A DNA stretch of 63,280 nucleotides, filler included, from Folioceros fuciformis (Eukaryota): the NCBI GenBank assembly GCA_049999805.1. It is 8 parts of 8 records of this genome, joined end to end, with 100 filler letters (N's around TTAATTAATTAA, not from the genome) between each part and the next. Parts side by side here need not be neighbours in the genome. Positions count along the whole stretch, not along the records: positions 16,859 to 26,633 come from JBNGIO010003598.1; positions 26,734 to 44,054 come from JBNGIO010003599.1; 6 more parts are not named here. One strand, given 5' to 3'. A model generated the notes under the pieces. The model ran no database searches and was not told where the DNA came from. It saw only the letters and a list, made by a program, of their open reading frames with translations. Numbering within the stretch: the first letter of the stretch is position 1; every line of letters begins with the position of its first letter. This document shows, piece by piece, positions 22,527-33,204 of the stretch. The position numbers and the translations under genes are program-made.

Positions 22527-24870
22527 CTTGCGCTACAACAATCAAACACCAAGATTTGTACAATCAAGATTCAAGACCTCTCTCCTGCATCCTCCAACCT
22601 CCTCTCCACCATACAATTCGCTTCTCTTTCCGGTCCAGTCTCATAAAATTTCGCACTTCATCACACCGCTTCACTCCTTCCTTCCCTCCTCTCGGCACCC
22701 GGCCGAGCCTTGGAAGCGTGCGCTCGAGCTAGAAATAACGTCTCAGCGCGCCGCCTCAAAACCCGGGACACAGCGCACTTATATCCGGACGACGCAGCTA
22801 TGACGCCCTAGCGAGGGAGAGTGCGGCAAGTGCGGTCGGCCCGAGCTCGCATCACCTCTGCGCGTGCAGGCCGCAATTCCGCGTAAGCCTCCCACTCCTT
22901 TCCACCAACTCGGCTTGACCGCTTCCCGCCTGCCCCTTACTCTGTCACAAACAACGCCCCTCGTTAACACCTCTCAAATGCTTCTACTTATTATGCCAGG
23001 GCCTTTCCCGATATTTTATTCTTTGGGCTCGCCAGGGTGCGTCCTTGGAGTGCGAAATACTTCTCTATCGTATGCAATTCTTGCGTAAATGTCGCTGGCC
23101 GTCTCAGCAGCGCCAAAGCTGTCGGCCTTCCGCGCGCTCCGGGTATGAATGCCTATTCATAAATTTCTGGTTAACCAATAAACAAGGTTGGCGAAGAGGG
23201 CAAGTGGAAGGATGGAGAGAAACTCCTTTGCATCCTCTCACCACATGCTTCCATCGCCAAAACCGAGGCAGATGAACACACAAAAACAAGAATACCGACT
23301 TTGACTGTCATCAGTGGTGCATATTTGGTATATTGCAGTCAACTGGAAGCTACAAGGAGGGATGGCAAGGTCGCTTGCGGAGGCCTATGAAATGCTTCTT
23401 CGTCTCCTCAGCTACTGCACCGGGTTCTGAGAAGGAGCAGAAAGCAAGATTTCTTGTGCTGCGGTCGTATTTAAAGGGGATAGGGACGGCTTGCACCTTA
23501 CGCATGCATGTATGTAAGTGGTGGGTGGGTCCTGGACTCGGAGCCCACCATCCAGTTGCATGGCATCCTCATCGTTTCGTCTCTCCGAGGTGGCCCACAA
23601 ATGATGCGAGCAGGATACACACCTCCTCAAGGTTGGCTTTTTCAGGCAGATTCTTTGCAGTCTACCTTGGCAGCCGGGAACTACTACTACTCGGTCTGGA
23701 CAGTCGCTTTGCTGCAATTTTTATTTATGGGTTGTTGGGAGATTGTGTACAACCCGGAAGGCCAGTCCCAGATTCCTGCTCAGACGCCATAGTTGATCGC
23801 CCATGCTGAAACAACGCATCACCCATACTCCGAGGGTTGTTGGTCCGAGGACGTGTCCTTCTCTGACCCCATGTAAGCTTTTGGGTATCCCATTATGTGC
23901 GTGGATATGCCCTCTGTCACTACCGTCCAATCCGGGTGCCTGGAATAGATTGGAGGCAAGGTTAGGTCTGACACTGGGTTCATATTACATGGTGATCCTG
24001 GCATGTTGAGTTTTGCTTCCTCCCTTAACAGGGCAGCATGATTGGAATTCGAATCTCGTAGAGACAAGCGTAAGGTGGGAATTGCCAGGGTGTGAAACGC
24101 GAACGAGGTAAGGTAACGAGCTATAGTGTCTGGCCAATCACACCGTGACACACTACCGACAAATTTATGGGTTGTGGCGTGCTGACCCCTGCCTCTTCTC
24201 CGTCCAAGGTTGCTTCCAGTGAATATGTCAGTAGCTCCAGGACAAAACAACATTCGAAACAGTCCTGCAAGACACCTGGCGTGCCATTGTTTCCAGCTAA
24301 AAGGAATGAATAAAGTAGCCAAATGGTTGACCTGTGAAACATCGGTGCTCTAGGACTCAACAGGACTCGAGTTGTCCGTTTGCACTCGACGTGGCATTGG
24401 GAAGTTTGCTGTATCTGGAGGAGGAAGGCAGTCGAGGTGACGTTGGGAGCGGTCATTGGTAACACAGCTTTCCTACGTCTGCAGTTAAGATTGCCAGCAC
24501 ATGACCCCGAGTTCGGTGTGGAGCTACATAGTTTAGCGACGTGGCCTGGGGTTCTGCATACACGGTTTCAGCACTGGTGGAGCCTTCCCTCCGAATGGCC
24601 AAAATCGAGCAACTCTTGATAGATTTTTCACATGATCCTTATCAATGCAAGCTCTATCGTAGCACCCCATTTGTCAAGCNNNNNNNNNNNNNNNNNNNNN
24701 NNNNNNNNNNNNNNNNNNNNNNNNNNNNNNNNNNNNNNNNNNNNNNNNNNNNNNNNNNNNNNNNNNNNNNNNNNNNNNNGGCGTAGAAACACGTCGAATC
24801 TCCAGAACTTGCTCGATGAAGTCCGGTTAGCTTTCCGAGGGAATACTTGGTTAGGATTGTTCCGTTACCG

Positions 24871-25105
24871 AAACTCTCCTTCCTTCCATCCTTCCAGCTG
24901 ATTGACCGTCGTCTAGACCATCAAACTCTCCTTTCTTCCATCCTTCCAGTTGGTTGACCGTCTTCAGGAGCATCAAACTCTCCTTTCTTCCATCCTTTCA
25001 GGTGATTGACCGTCTTCCACTAGAGCATCAAACTCTCCTTTCTTCCATCCTTCTAGCTGGTTGACCGTCTTCTACAACATCAAACTCTTCTTTCTTCCAT
25101 CCTTT
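24871..25105. repeat. Five ~52-bp tandem units
   Basis: aaactctcctttcttccatccttccag...gaccgtc at 24871, 24923, 24975, 25030 and 25082 (last copy partial). Confidence 0.9.
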
Positions 25106-25179
25106 TACATACATTTTAATCAGTAAGGTAACAAAATAAAACCAACTAGGTTCAACCTTGCTGCCCAACACATAAGCAT

Positions 25180-26402
25180 TCACAATTTGAAAATTGTAAC
25201 CTTGGTAGATGACAATTGGAGACACGATGAATATGTTCAAGTCTAAGGAATAATTCTAAACCTCTCCAATATCATACAAAGAAAAAGTCAAGGTCTAAGG
25301 AATTCATCCTGAACTTGCTTCTAGGGCTGGAGAAGAAGCCATGTGTCAAAGTCCAAGGAATTCGTCCTAAACCTTATTTGCTAGAGGGAATTCATATGCC
25401 AAAGTCCAAGGAATTCGTCCTAAACCTTACCGCTAGAGGGAATTCATATGTCAAAGTCCAAGGAATTCATTCTAAACCTTACAGCTAGAGGGAATTCATA
25501 TGTCAAAGTCCAAGGAATCATACACCTTTATAAGGAGGTATGCTATCATATGCATATTCAAGTCTTACTAACACATTCCCTTCAACCCCATCATTCTCGA
25601 CCCTTGTCCTAAAAACCTTGTCAACAACTTAGTCTTGATAAGAAGTTAAGATTCCTACAATGGGGTCAATTTGGAGCAAAGCAAGCACCTTCCGAAGTGC
25701 GGGTGTAGAAATAAGAGTCATTTACGTGTTTGCCATGTGGATGATCATTGTGCGCATAATTAGCGCTTGTGTATGGGGTTGTCATGGTAGGCAAGAAGCA
25801 TTAGAGCAATCCAAGGAGGCAACATGAACAAACTTGCAATTGAAGTGAGCAAGATTGCAATCTTGGAGATTTTGGAAATAGAGCCTACACAAATGCCATA
25901 CCTTGCAATCTTGTGGGAAAAGCTTGTTTGATTAGGTCTTGGGCCAAATGAGTTGTCCAAGGTCTAATGGGCTGTGTGTACTATGTTCTTTTGTAGACCC
26001 TCAGATTGCTTAGAGTAGTCCATGGGCAACGCTTGCTCAAAAATGTCTTATTTGTGTTTCAATATAATTTTATGTATCTTGGTATGAGTGCATGTTACCA
26101 AAGTGTCATCCCCAACCTTGCATACATCCAAAAACTGCGCTTCATCCACCATAGTCTCCTTGACATCCTCACACAACTCTTTCAACAATTGGGAACATTG
26201 GCAATGGGCAACTACGTAGTCAAGGAGTTGGCGATGAAGGAACGGTGCTAGTCCTTTCTTTGGCATAGAGGTGCGGCCCCAAGATATCTAATCGGACAAG
26301 TTTAAATTAAACCTAAGCTAGCTAGAGACTTTCTAAGAACTAGTTACTCTAGCTCTAGTGAAGCCTAAGCACAAGATCGTTAAGAGCGAGATCTTGTTGC
26401 GC
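25180..26402 (-). mobile_element. Copy A of an unclassified dispersed repeat with a decayed minus-strand ORF and internal 50-60-bp repeats
   Basis: Colinear similarity to 35230-35960 and 36220-37120 (e.g. gtcaaagtccaaggaat repeats, agaaataagagtcatttac, aaatgagttgtccaaggt). ORF remnants at 26048-26266 and 25760-25960. Confidence 0.7.
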
Positions 26403-26633
26403 TCCAATAAGCAACACCTATGGTCTGGCCTTTATCAAATACATGAGCTTCAAGCTGCACTCCAGTAAGCAACACCTATGGTCCGGCCTTTATCAAATAC
26501 ATGAGCTTCAAGCTGCACTCCAGTAAGCAACACCTATGGTCCGGCCTTTATCAAATACATGAGCTTCAAGCTGCACTCCAGTAAGCAACACCTATGGTCC
26601 GGCCTTTATCAAATACATGAGCTTCAAGCTGCA
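26402..26633. repeat. Four near-identical 58-bp tandem units running into the scaffold end
   Basis: ctccagtaagcaacacctatggtccggcctttatcaaatacatgagcttcaagctgca at 26402, 26460, 26518 and 26576. Confidence 0.97.
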
Positions 26634-26733
26634 NNNNNNNNNNNNNNNNNNNNNNNNNNNNNNNNNNNNNNNNNNNNTTAATTAATTAANNNNNNNNNNN
26701 NNNNNNNNNNNNNNNNNNNNNNNNNNNNNNNNN
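26634..26733. other. Artificial scaffold linker
   Basis: 44N-TTAATTAATTAA-44N. Confidence 0.97.
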
Positions 26734-26734
26734 G

Positions 26735-29044
26735 GGTTGCGAGGTACAGGAATACGCGTTGAGCATCGAGCAGGTCGAGGAGACCGAATTTGGATCTGTC
26801 GAGGATTTGGAAGGACACAATTCTGCGTTTGCGGAGGAGGAGAACACGTTCAGCCAAGACAATCACGTGGTCATCGGGTCCAACGGCAGGAAAGATGGGT
26901 ACAGCGTCAAGAGATACGACTCGGATTTACAGTTCGCACACCGGATGCAACCACACCACAAGGAGCGACAGGTCTACAGTGGGTGGCAGATTGCCGTGCT
27001 GGCATTCCAGACGCTGGGAGTGGTGTATGGAGACATCGGGACGTCGCCCTTGTACGTGTACGCGTCCACGAAGCTGGAGAACCCGGGAAAGGATGATTTT
27101 CTGGGAGCGATGTGTATCATGTTCTGGACTCTGACGATGATCCCGTTGATCAAGTACGTGTTCATTGTGCTCCGGGCTGATGATCATGGGGAAGGAGGGT
27201 CGTTTGCCATCTACTCCAAGTTGTGCCAGGCAGTGAAGATCGGGCAGACTGCAGGAAGGCAGTACACGCCACTGGACTCTGATGTCCATCTGACGTACCA
27301 TAGTGATGCTGTGGGCACTTCAGGATCTGTCCATGCCAAGGCCCGGAATTTCATCGAGAAGAGCAAGGTGGCGCAGAAGGGGTTATTGGGTCTGGTTTGT
27401 CTGGGCACCAGCATGATTCTGGGCGATGGTGTTTTGACGCCGGCTATTTCTGTGATCTCGTCTGTGGAGGGGCTGAAGGAGCTGAATGTGCCTCATCTCT
27501 GGATTGTGGTGACTGCTGCTGTCATCTTGCTGCTGCTGTTCATGCTGCAGAGATTCGGGACTTCCAGGGTTGCTGTCCTGTTTTCCCCGATTATGATGGT
27601 ATGGTTTTTGTGCAATCCGGTCATTGGAATTTACAACATCTGCAAGTTCTATCCTTCGGTGTTCCGGGCAGTCTGGCCTGGGTATGGTGTTATGTTCTTT
27701 AAGAGAAATGGGCTGAACGGATGGAAGGTCCTGTCTGGGCTGGTTCTTGTGATCACAGGCTCCGAGGCCATGTTCTGGGATCTGGGGCACTTCAACCAGA
27801 AGGCCATCAAGCTTGGGTTCACCTGCCTGGTGTACCCTTCCTTGGTCCTCACCTACTGTGGACAGACGGCTTTCTTGATCAAGCATCCTGGTAGCATTGG
27901 CAATGCCTTCTACGATTCCATCCCTAAGCCTGTCTACTGGCCGGTGTTCGGCCTGGCAACACTTGCAGCAGTGGTGGCCAGCCAGGCTCTTATCTCGGCC
28001 ACATACTGTGTGTTCAAGCAAGCCATAGCTTTGGGCTGCCTTCCCAGAATGGAGATCAGGCATACATCGGAGAAGGAGGAGGGGCAGATCTACTGTCCAG
28101 CAGCAAACTACATGCTCATGCTCCTCTGCCTGGCAATGGTTTGCGGTTTCCAGAGCAGTGAGAAGATCGCAAACGCGTATGGAGTTGCTGTGCTGTTTGA
28201 TCTTCTCATCACCACTTCCCTTGTGTCTATTGTCATGCTCTTGGTGTGGAACACGCCCTGGCCTTTGATTGTGGCCTTCTTCTTCACATTCAGCAGCATC
28301 GAACTTACCTACCTGTCATCAGTGATGGTGAAGTTCGCACATGGAGGATGGGTGCCTTTCGGGATTGCAGCAGCATTCCTGGGAGTCATGACTGTCTGGA
28401 TTTACGGGCGTGGGGAGAAGCATGCCTATGAAGTGCAGCACAGGATCAGTGCTGAGAGCCTGCGGGGTCTCCTGACCGGACCTTCTGGCATCACCAGAGT
28501 TCCAGGCATCTGCTTCTTCTACAGCGAGCTGCAGGGGGGGCCGCCTCCTGTCTTCACTCACTATGTGCAGAATGTGCGCAGCTTGCACCGGATCTTAGTC
28601 TTCACCACCATCAGATTCATCCCTGTCAAGAGCGTCATCCCCAGCGAAAGGTACCTTGTCGGCAAGGTGGGATATGGGCCTGGAGTGTACCGGTGCGTGG
28701 CCCGATACGGATACAAAGACCTGGTGGATGTTGCAGAGAAGGGATTCATGTTGCAGGTCATCGAATGCCTGCAGAATTACCTGGAAACCCACGAAATCGA
28801 CACTGATGGTTCCTCGGCAGGAGACGAGCTCCATGAGTTACAAACGGCAGCTAACAGTGGAGCCATCTACGTGAAGGGAATTTCCAGGTTGGAGGTTCCC
28901 GAATCCAGTTGCTGCGGATGGTTCAAGAGAATTTTGATAAACAAGCTCTATTACCTTCTGCAACACAACTGTAGGTCTGGTATTGAGGACTTGCGAGTCC
29001 CACATGCCAATCTTGTCGAAGTCCGTATGGTCTACGACTGGTAA
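26735..29044 (+). CDS. HAK: HAK/KUP/KT K+ (possibly Na+) transporter, cluster-IV-like, intronless over the visible part, 5'-truncated
   Basis: GVVYGDIGTSPLY, ADDHGEGGSFAIYS, GDGVLTPAISVISSVEG, QRFGT, EAMF.DLGHF, EGQIYCP, GGWVP and RVPGICFFYS motifs; the frame is open from the scaffold edge to TAA at 29044. Confidence 0.96.
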   Translation, partial: GCEVQEYALSIEQVEETEFGSVEDLEGHNSAFAEEENTFSQDNHVVIGSNGRKDGYSVKRYDSDLQFAHRMQPHHKERQVYSGWQIAVLAFQTLGVVYGDIGTSPLYVYASTKLENPGKDDFLGAMCIMFWTLTMIPLIKYVFIVLRADDHGEGGSFAIYSKLCQAVKIGQTAGRQYTPLDSDVHLTYHSDAVGTSGSVHAKARNFIEKSKVAQKGLLGLVCLGTSMILGDGVLTPAISVISSVEGLKELNVPHLWIVVTAAVILLLLFMLQRFGTSRVAVLFSPIMMVWFLCNPVIGIYNICKFYPSVFRAVWPGYGVMFFKRNGLNGWKVLSGLVLVITGSEAMFWDLGHFNQKAIKLGFTCLVYPSLVLTYCGQTAFLIKHPGSIGNAFYDSIPKPVYWPVFGLATLAAVVASQALISATYCVFKQAIALGCLPRMEIRHTSEKEEGQIYCPAANYMLMLLCLAMVCGFQSSEKIANAYGVAVLFDLLITTSLVSIVMLLVWNTPWPLIVAFFFTFSSIELTYLSSVMVKFAHGGWVPFGIAAAFLGVMTVWIYGRGEKHAYEVQHRISAESLRGLLTGPSGITRVPGICFFYSELQGGPPPVFTHYVQNVRSLHRILVFTTIRFIPVKSVIPSERYLVGKVGYGPGVYRCVARYGYKDLVDVAEKGFMLQVIECLQNYLETHEIDTDGSSAGDELHELQTAANSGAIYVKGISRLEVPESSCCGWFKRILINKLYYLLQHNCRSGIEDLRVPHANLVEVRMVYDW

Positions 29045-29472
29045 AATCTATCGCAGGTCAGCCCGAAATCTGAAGTATGGCGGGTTGGAAGACAGGATCT
29101 CCCCTTCACCTTGAGGATTGTCCATGTTCAAGGATATCCTCCTGTAACGTAGAATCAGGTCCGAGAGCTGGTTAGTTTTCTAGCAGTTTGCTACCATTAG
29201 CGTAGCAGCAAGTGACACTTGGCGTGTCCAGCTTTGTCTGGCCTGCCACTGCATGTATGCCACTTTGCTTCTCATGTTTTGCGGTTTCGGGGTGAGCCAA
29301 TCGAAGTGAACTTTGATCTCTCGCTTGAATTCTGAAGAGCTGCTTGTGCAGCTGCAGAATTCCATGTGCTACATTGTTAGACTTCGTAACCGGCAGGAGG
29401 TTGTGGACGGGTTTCAAGGGAGTGCTTGTGATCTAGAACTGGTTGTGAATCGAGATCCAACTTGGGGTGTCC

Positions 29473-30429
29473 ATGGCTTCTGTCATCCGACTGGTGGCTC
29501 CAGCTTCGGCTCTCTGTGTTGCTTCCTCTACGCACGGTTCCCCTCATTGGAAAGCAGAGCAGCAAAGAGCGAAGATCAGGTCAGAATGCCAGCGAACGGG
29601 GTTGTCCAAGAAGCATGCGCACGTCTCCACTTCTCAGGTATGGACCAAAGTGATGATGCTGAAGAGCACAGAATCCGTTTGTGGGTCATGTCACGGGTGC
29701 CATTCTTTCAGGGAATGGTTCATTATTGTCAGCACAATGCACGGCGTCTCTGATTTCCTTGTAGTGAACTTGACTTCTATGCTACGAAGTCGCAAGGTTG
29801 TCGACAACATTCTTCTTGACAGTGAGTTTCATCTACAGGATAAACGCCAGGGATGTTCAGATGCCGAAGGTTTTGCCTTGTCAAGACGAGGTGCTGTAGG
29901 GGCTCTCCTCCTCGGCCTTGTTACCCTCTCAGGCAGAGAAGCACACGCTGATGTAAGACGCGATTCTCTATGTTGCCCTCTATGTTGTGAACCAATTCGG
30001 CATCTTGCCTCAATTCGGCATTCTTGGTCACCATGGCAGGAAGGACGATCCAAGGAAGCCGAACAGGCTGCCCAGGTGCAGGAGGACTCGGGCAGAGTAG
30101 CAGAACGCCGGGCTGCTCAGAATGACATCCAGAAGGATGTTGTATGGAGTGCGAAAATCCCTCAAATCTCAACGAAATCCAAAGAGGCAAAACAAGCAGC
30201 CCAGGTGCAGGAAGACTCTGCTAAGGTTGCTGAGCGGAGAAAGCAGTCCTCGTCCAAGCCGGCAGAAACGCTCACCCAAGAGCCCGTTTTCTTCCAACAG
30301 TATCCAGTAGGACAGAAATCGAAAGAGGCTTTGCAGTCCGACCGGGTGAAGCAGGATTCAGGCAAACTTGCAGACAGACGAGAGAAGAGGAAGGAAGCAA
30401 TTTCCAAGCCTGTTGCAATTGGAATGTAG
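29473..30429 (+). CDS. Predicted chloroplast thylakoid-lumen protein (Tat signal) with three internal repeats. Exons 29473-29637, 29839-29952, 30040-30429 (222 aa spliced)
   Basis: Ser/Ala/Arg-rich transit-like N-terminus (MASVIRLVAPASA...), then SRRGAVGALLLGLVTLSGREAHA|D (twin-Arg, hydrophobic core, AxA). The mature part has three SKEAxQxxxVxxDSxxxAxRR repeats. Phase-0 GT-AG introns. Confidence 0.75.
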   Translation: MASVIRLVAPASALCVASSTHGSPHWKAEQQRAKIRSECQRTGLSKKHAHVSTSQVWTKVMMLKSTESVCGSCHGCHSFREWFIIVSTMHGVSDFLVVNLTSMLRSRKVVDNILLDSEFHLQDKRQGCSDAEGFALSRRGAVGALLLGLVTLSGREAHADVRRDSLCCPLCCEPIRHLASIRHSWSPWQEGRSKEAEQAAQVQEDSGRVAERRAAQNDIQKDVVWSAKIPQISTKSKEAKQAAQVQEDSAKVAERRKQSSSKPAETLTQEPVFFQQYPVGQKSKEALQSDRVKQDSGKLADRREKRKEAISKPVAIGM

Positions 30430-31052
30430 AATCTAATGAGCGGGAAGTCTCAGGCTGATCAACTGAAGCCTGGACTTCACTGATTGAGTCAGAGAAAAGG
30501 AGAATAGCTCGAGCCTCGACTGTTTAGCATGTCTACGTTAAAACGCTCACGCGCGATTCCACGTTAAAGCATCAGCTGGATACACTGTAGCTGGACAGCA
30601 AGTTACCGTGCTTCTCACACTTCCGAATTGGATTAGTGCAATTTGGTGATTACAGTCTTTCTTCGACGTCATACATGTCATCCCTGAGCTCGCTCCCAGG
30701 TTTTGCCGGATTGAAAAAGACAAGGAACTGCCTGCACTGTGGAAGGCAGGCAGCCCGCCACCCCATACAACATGACCACAAAACGCCAGGAAGGCATGGA
30801 GATCTGTGAAAAAGACAATACAGACTACAGTGGAGGAAGTAGGTGGGGGGAAGGGCAGAACCCGTGACCCCCGGCGCGGACCTTGTCTACTCCAGATGGG
30901 AACACGGGTGTGGAATCGGTCAAAGAATGAGGTCTGAACCGTGGAGGATCAGAGAATAGATAGTGGCGGAAAGAATGAATTTTACAGAAAGAAAACAGGG
31001 AAGATGGGAACTTTCCGAATGACGACAAATTTCTGTTCAGTTGGTCTCAAGG

Positions 31053-33204
31053 TCAGTCCATAGAGAAGGTGATAGTTCCCACTTGATCGTGAGTGGGCAA
31101 GAAGGGCGTGAGACCAACCTCCTGCAGGATCTTGTCCACGGAGACAAACCTAGGAGTTTCTTCGGCCTCCCTCACCTGCTGCAGCAGCTTGGTTACAGTC
31201 CTCATCTCGGGCCTGGCACTGGGTTGCTGCTTTGTGCAGATGACGCCCAGTTTGAGCATCAGGATTATCCCTGCCAAGTGATCCTTGCAGTAGTCGCTGC
31301 TCTGCAGCAGCTGAGGGTCGATGATGCACTGCATCAAGGTGGCAGGAGATGCAAGGCCTCGTTCGACCCACTCTGATATTGTCACGCCCTCCCCGAAACA
31401 GGAACTGGTGGGTCTCTGCCTGGTGAGGAGCTCCAGCATGAGGATTCCGAAGCTGTAGACATCCTCCTTGGGAGAAGTCTTGAGAGAGTACGCCTTTTCT
31501 GAGGACATCAAACAAAACAAGCAGGGCCTTATCACACTGCACAATATCATCCCAATGCTCAGGAAGTAACACGATTGATGCCTTTCCCTCCTTCTTCTTC
31601 TTCAAAAGATGAATAATGGTGGAACATTGTATGTCAAGATAGCCAGCTACCTGGAGCAGTATAGCCGATGGTGCCGAGATGGGCATCTGATCCGAACTGT
31701 GTGTCCAGGTAGGAGGGGTTCACCAACTTGGCCATCCCGAAATCCGAAATGTGAGGCTCGAAATCAGCGTCGAGCAGGATGTTGCTGGGTTTCAGATCGC
31801 CGTGCACCAAGGAATGAGGGCATTCATGGTGCAGGTACTGCAAACCCAGAGCCACGCCCAGGGCAATCCTGTACCGTCTTTCCCAGCTTAGCCTGCACTC
31901 GAAAGTGGTGCCAAGCGAGCCCTCCAGGTCTGGCCCATAAAGCTGCTGCTCCAGGCTTCCATGCGGCATGTACTCCAGGATCAGCAGCTTCATCTTCACA
32001 TGAGCAACACATCCCAGAATCCTCACCAGGTTCCGGTGCCTGCTCCTCAAGAACGTCTCAAGCTCCCTCCTGAACGTCTGCTCCAAAGTCTTCTGCGACA
32101 GAGTCTGCTGCCCCACGCTGAGCAGCTTGATGGCCACAACTGTCCCATCCCCCAGAATCCCCTTGTANNNNNNNNNNNNNNNNNNNNNNNNNNNNNNNNN
32201 NNNNNNNNNNNNNNNNNNNNNNNNNNNNNNNNNNNNNNNNNNNNNNNNNNNNNNNNNNNNNNNNNNNACACTGTACTGCATCCCCCGCTACCGAGGATGT
32301 GGGCTTCGCTGAAATTGGCCGTGGCTGTCAGGAGATGGTGCACTTTCAGAGGCTTGAGCTTCTTCAGCTTCCTGGACAGAATCCTGACGGGCTCCGCCTT
32401 TAGAGACCCCGCACTCCTGACCCTGCTCAGCTTCCACAGAGCTAGCTTCACCCCCAGAGACACTAGAACCAGGCAGGTGAAGGCCCCGATCACGATCAGC
32501 GATTCTACCAGCTTCGAACCCGAGCTGTCGACAAGGCTCATTCCAATGCAGAAGTTCGGGATCGTGAGATTCTCGTTGCCCGAAAACGCACTGCAGGCGA
32601 ATCTTGGATTCCCGGAGCTGAGCAGGAGAGTCTCAGGAATGGAACCCGAAAGCTGGTTGGAGGAGAGATTAAGTTCCGTGAGCAGAGGAAGCAGCCCGAG
32701 CTCCTCCGGGACAGGCCCTACCAACACGTTCGCCTCCAAGTCCAGAACTCTCAGCTGCAGGCAGCTGCGGAAGCTGGGTATGGACTGGGAGAAGCTGTTG
32801 TGGGCGAGATTCAGAAAAGTCAAATTGGGCAGGTTCTCGCAAATCCGGTCCGGAATACCTCCAGTGAACCCGTTCCCGACCAGATTCAAACCCGACAGAG
32901 CGGAACAGCCCTGTAAAACGAGCCTCCCGCTCAACCCCGCCCAGCTCAAATTCAACCCCGTCACACGATCCTGATCGCAGAGAACCCCTCTCCACGCACA
33001 AACATCCATCGTGGTATTCCCGTCCTCCTCCCAATTCGCCAGCTGAAACTTACCATCCAACGAATCCTTGAACCGTCCCAGGCAAGCCCGATCCTCCTCA
33101 GAGCTCTGGCAGAGGACAGCAACCGGACCCAAGAAACACGCAGCAGCAAACAAGCCCACCGCAATCGCCCAATTAACGTCTGCCCAACACCGTGGGTGAG
33201 GCAT
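31053..33204 (-). CDS. LRR receptor-like kinase 1 (5-LRR BIR-like ectodomain, non-RD FLS2/LRR-XII-like kinase). Exon 1 33204-31651 (spans N gap 32168-32267), exon 2 31498-31053
   Basis: Signal peptide, LRRNT Cys pair, 5 LRRs, TM, GSGGCSTVYKG, VAIK, HGDLKPSNILL, DFG, GTIGYTAP|E with a phase-1 intron, DVYSFG. Confidence 0.93.

Noticed and set aside
26402-26633. 58-bp repeats (and the 52-, 60- and 72-bp arrays) as CRISPR-like arrays
   Set aside because: Units are contiguous with no unique spacers, there are no cas genes, and the context is eukaryotic; these are ordinary minisatellites.
32168-32267. Apparent frameshift or pseudogenisation of RLK1
   Set aside because: The frame change is caused by the arbitrary 100-N gap; the flanks join as STV-YKG.
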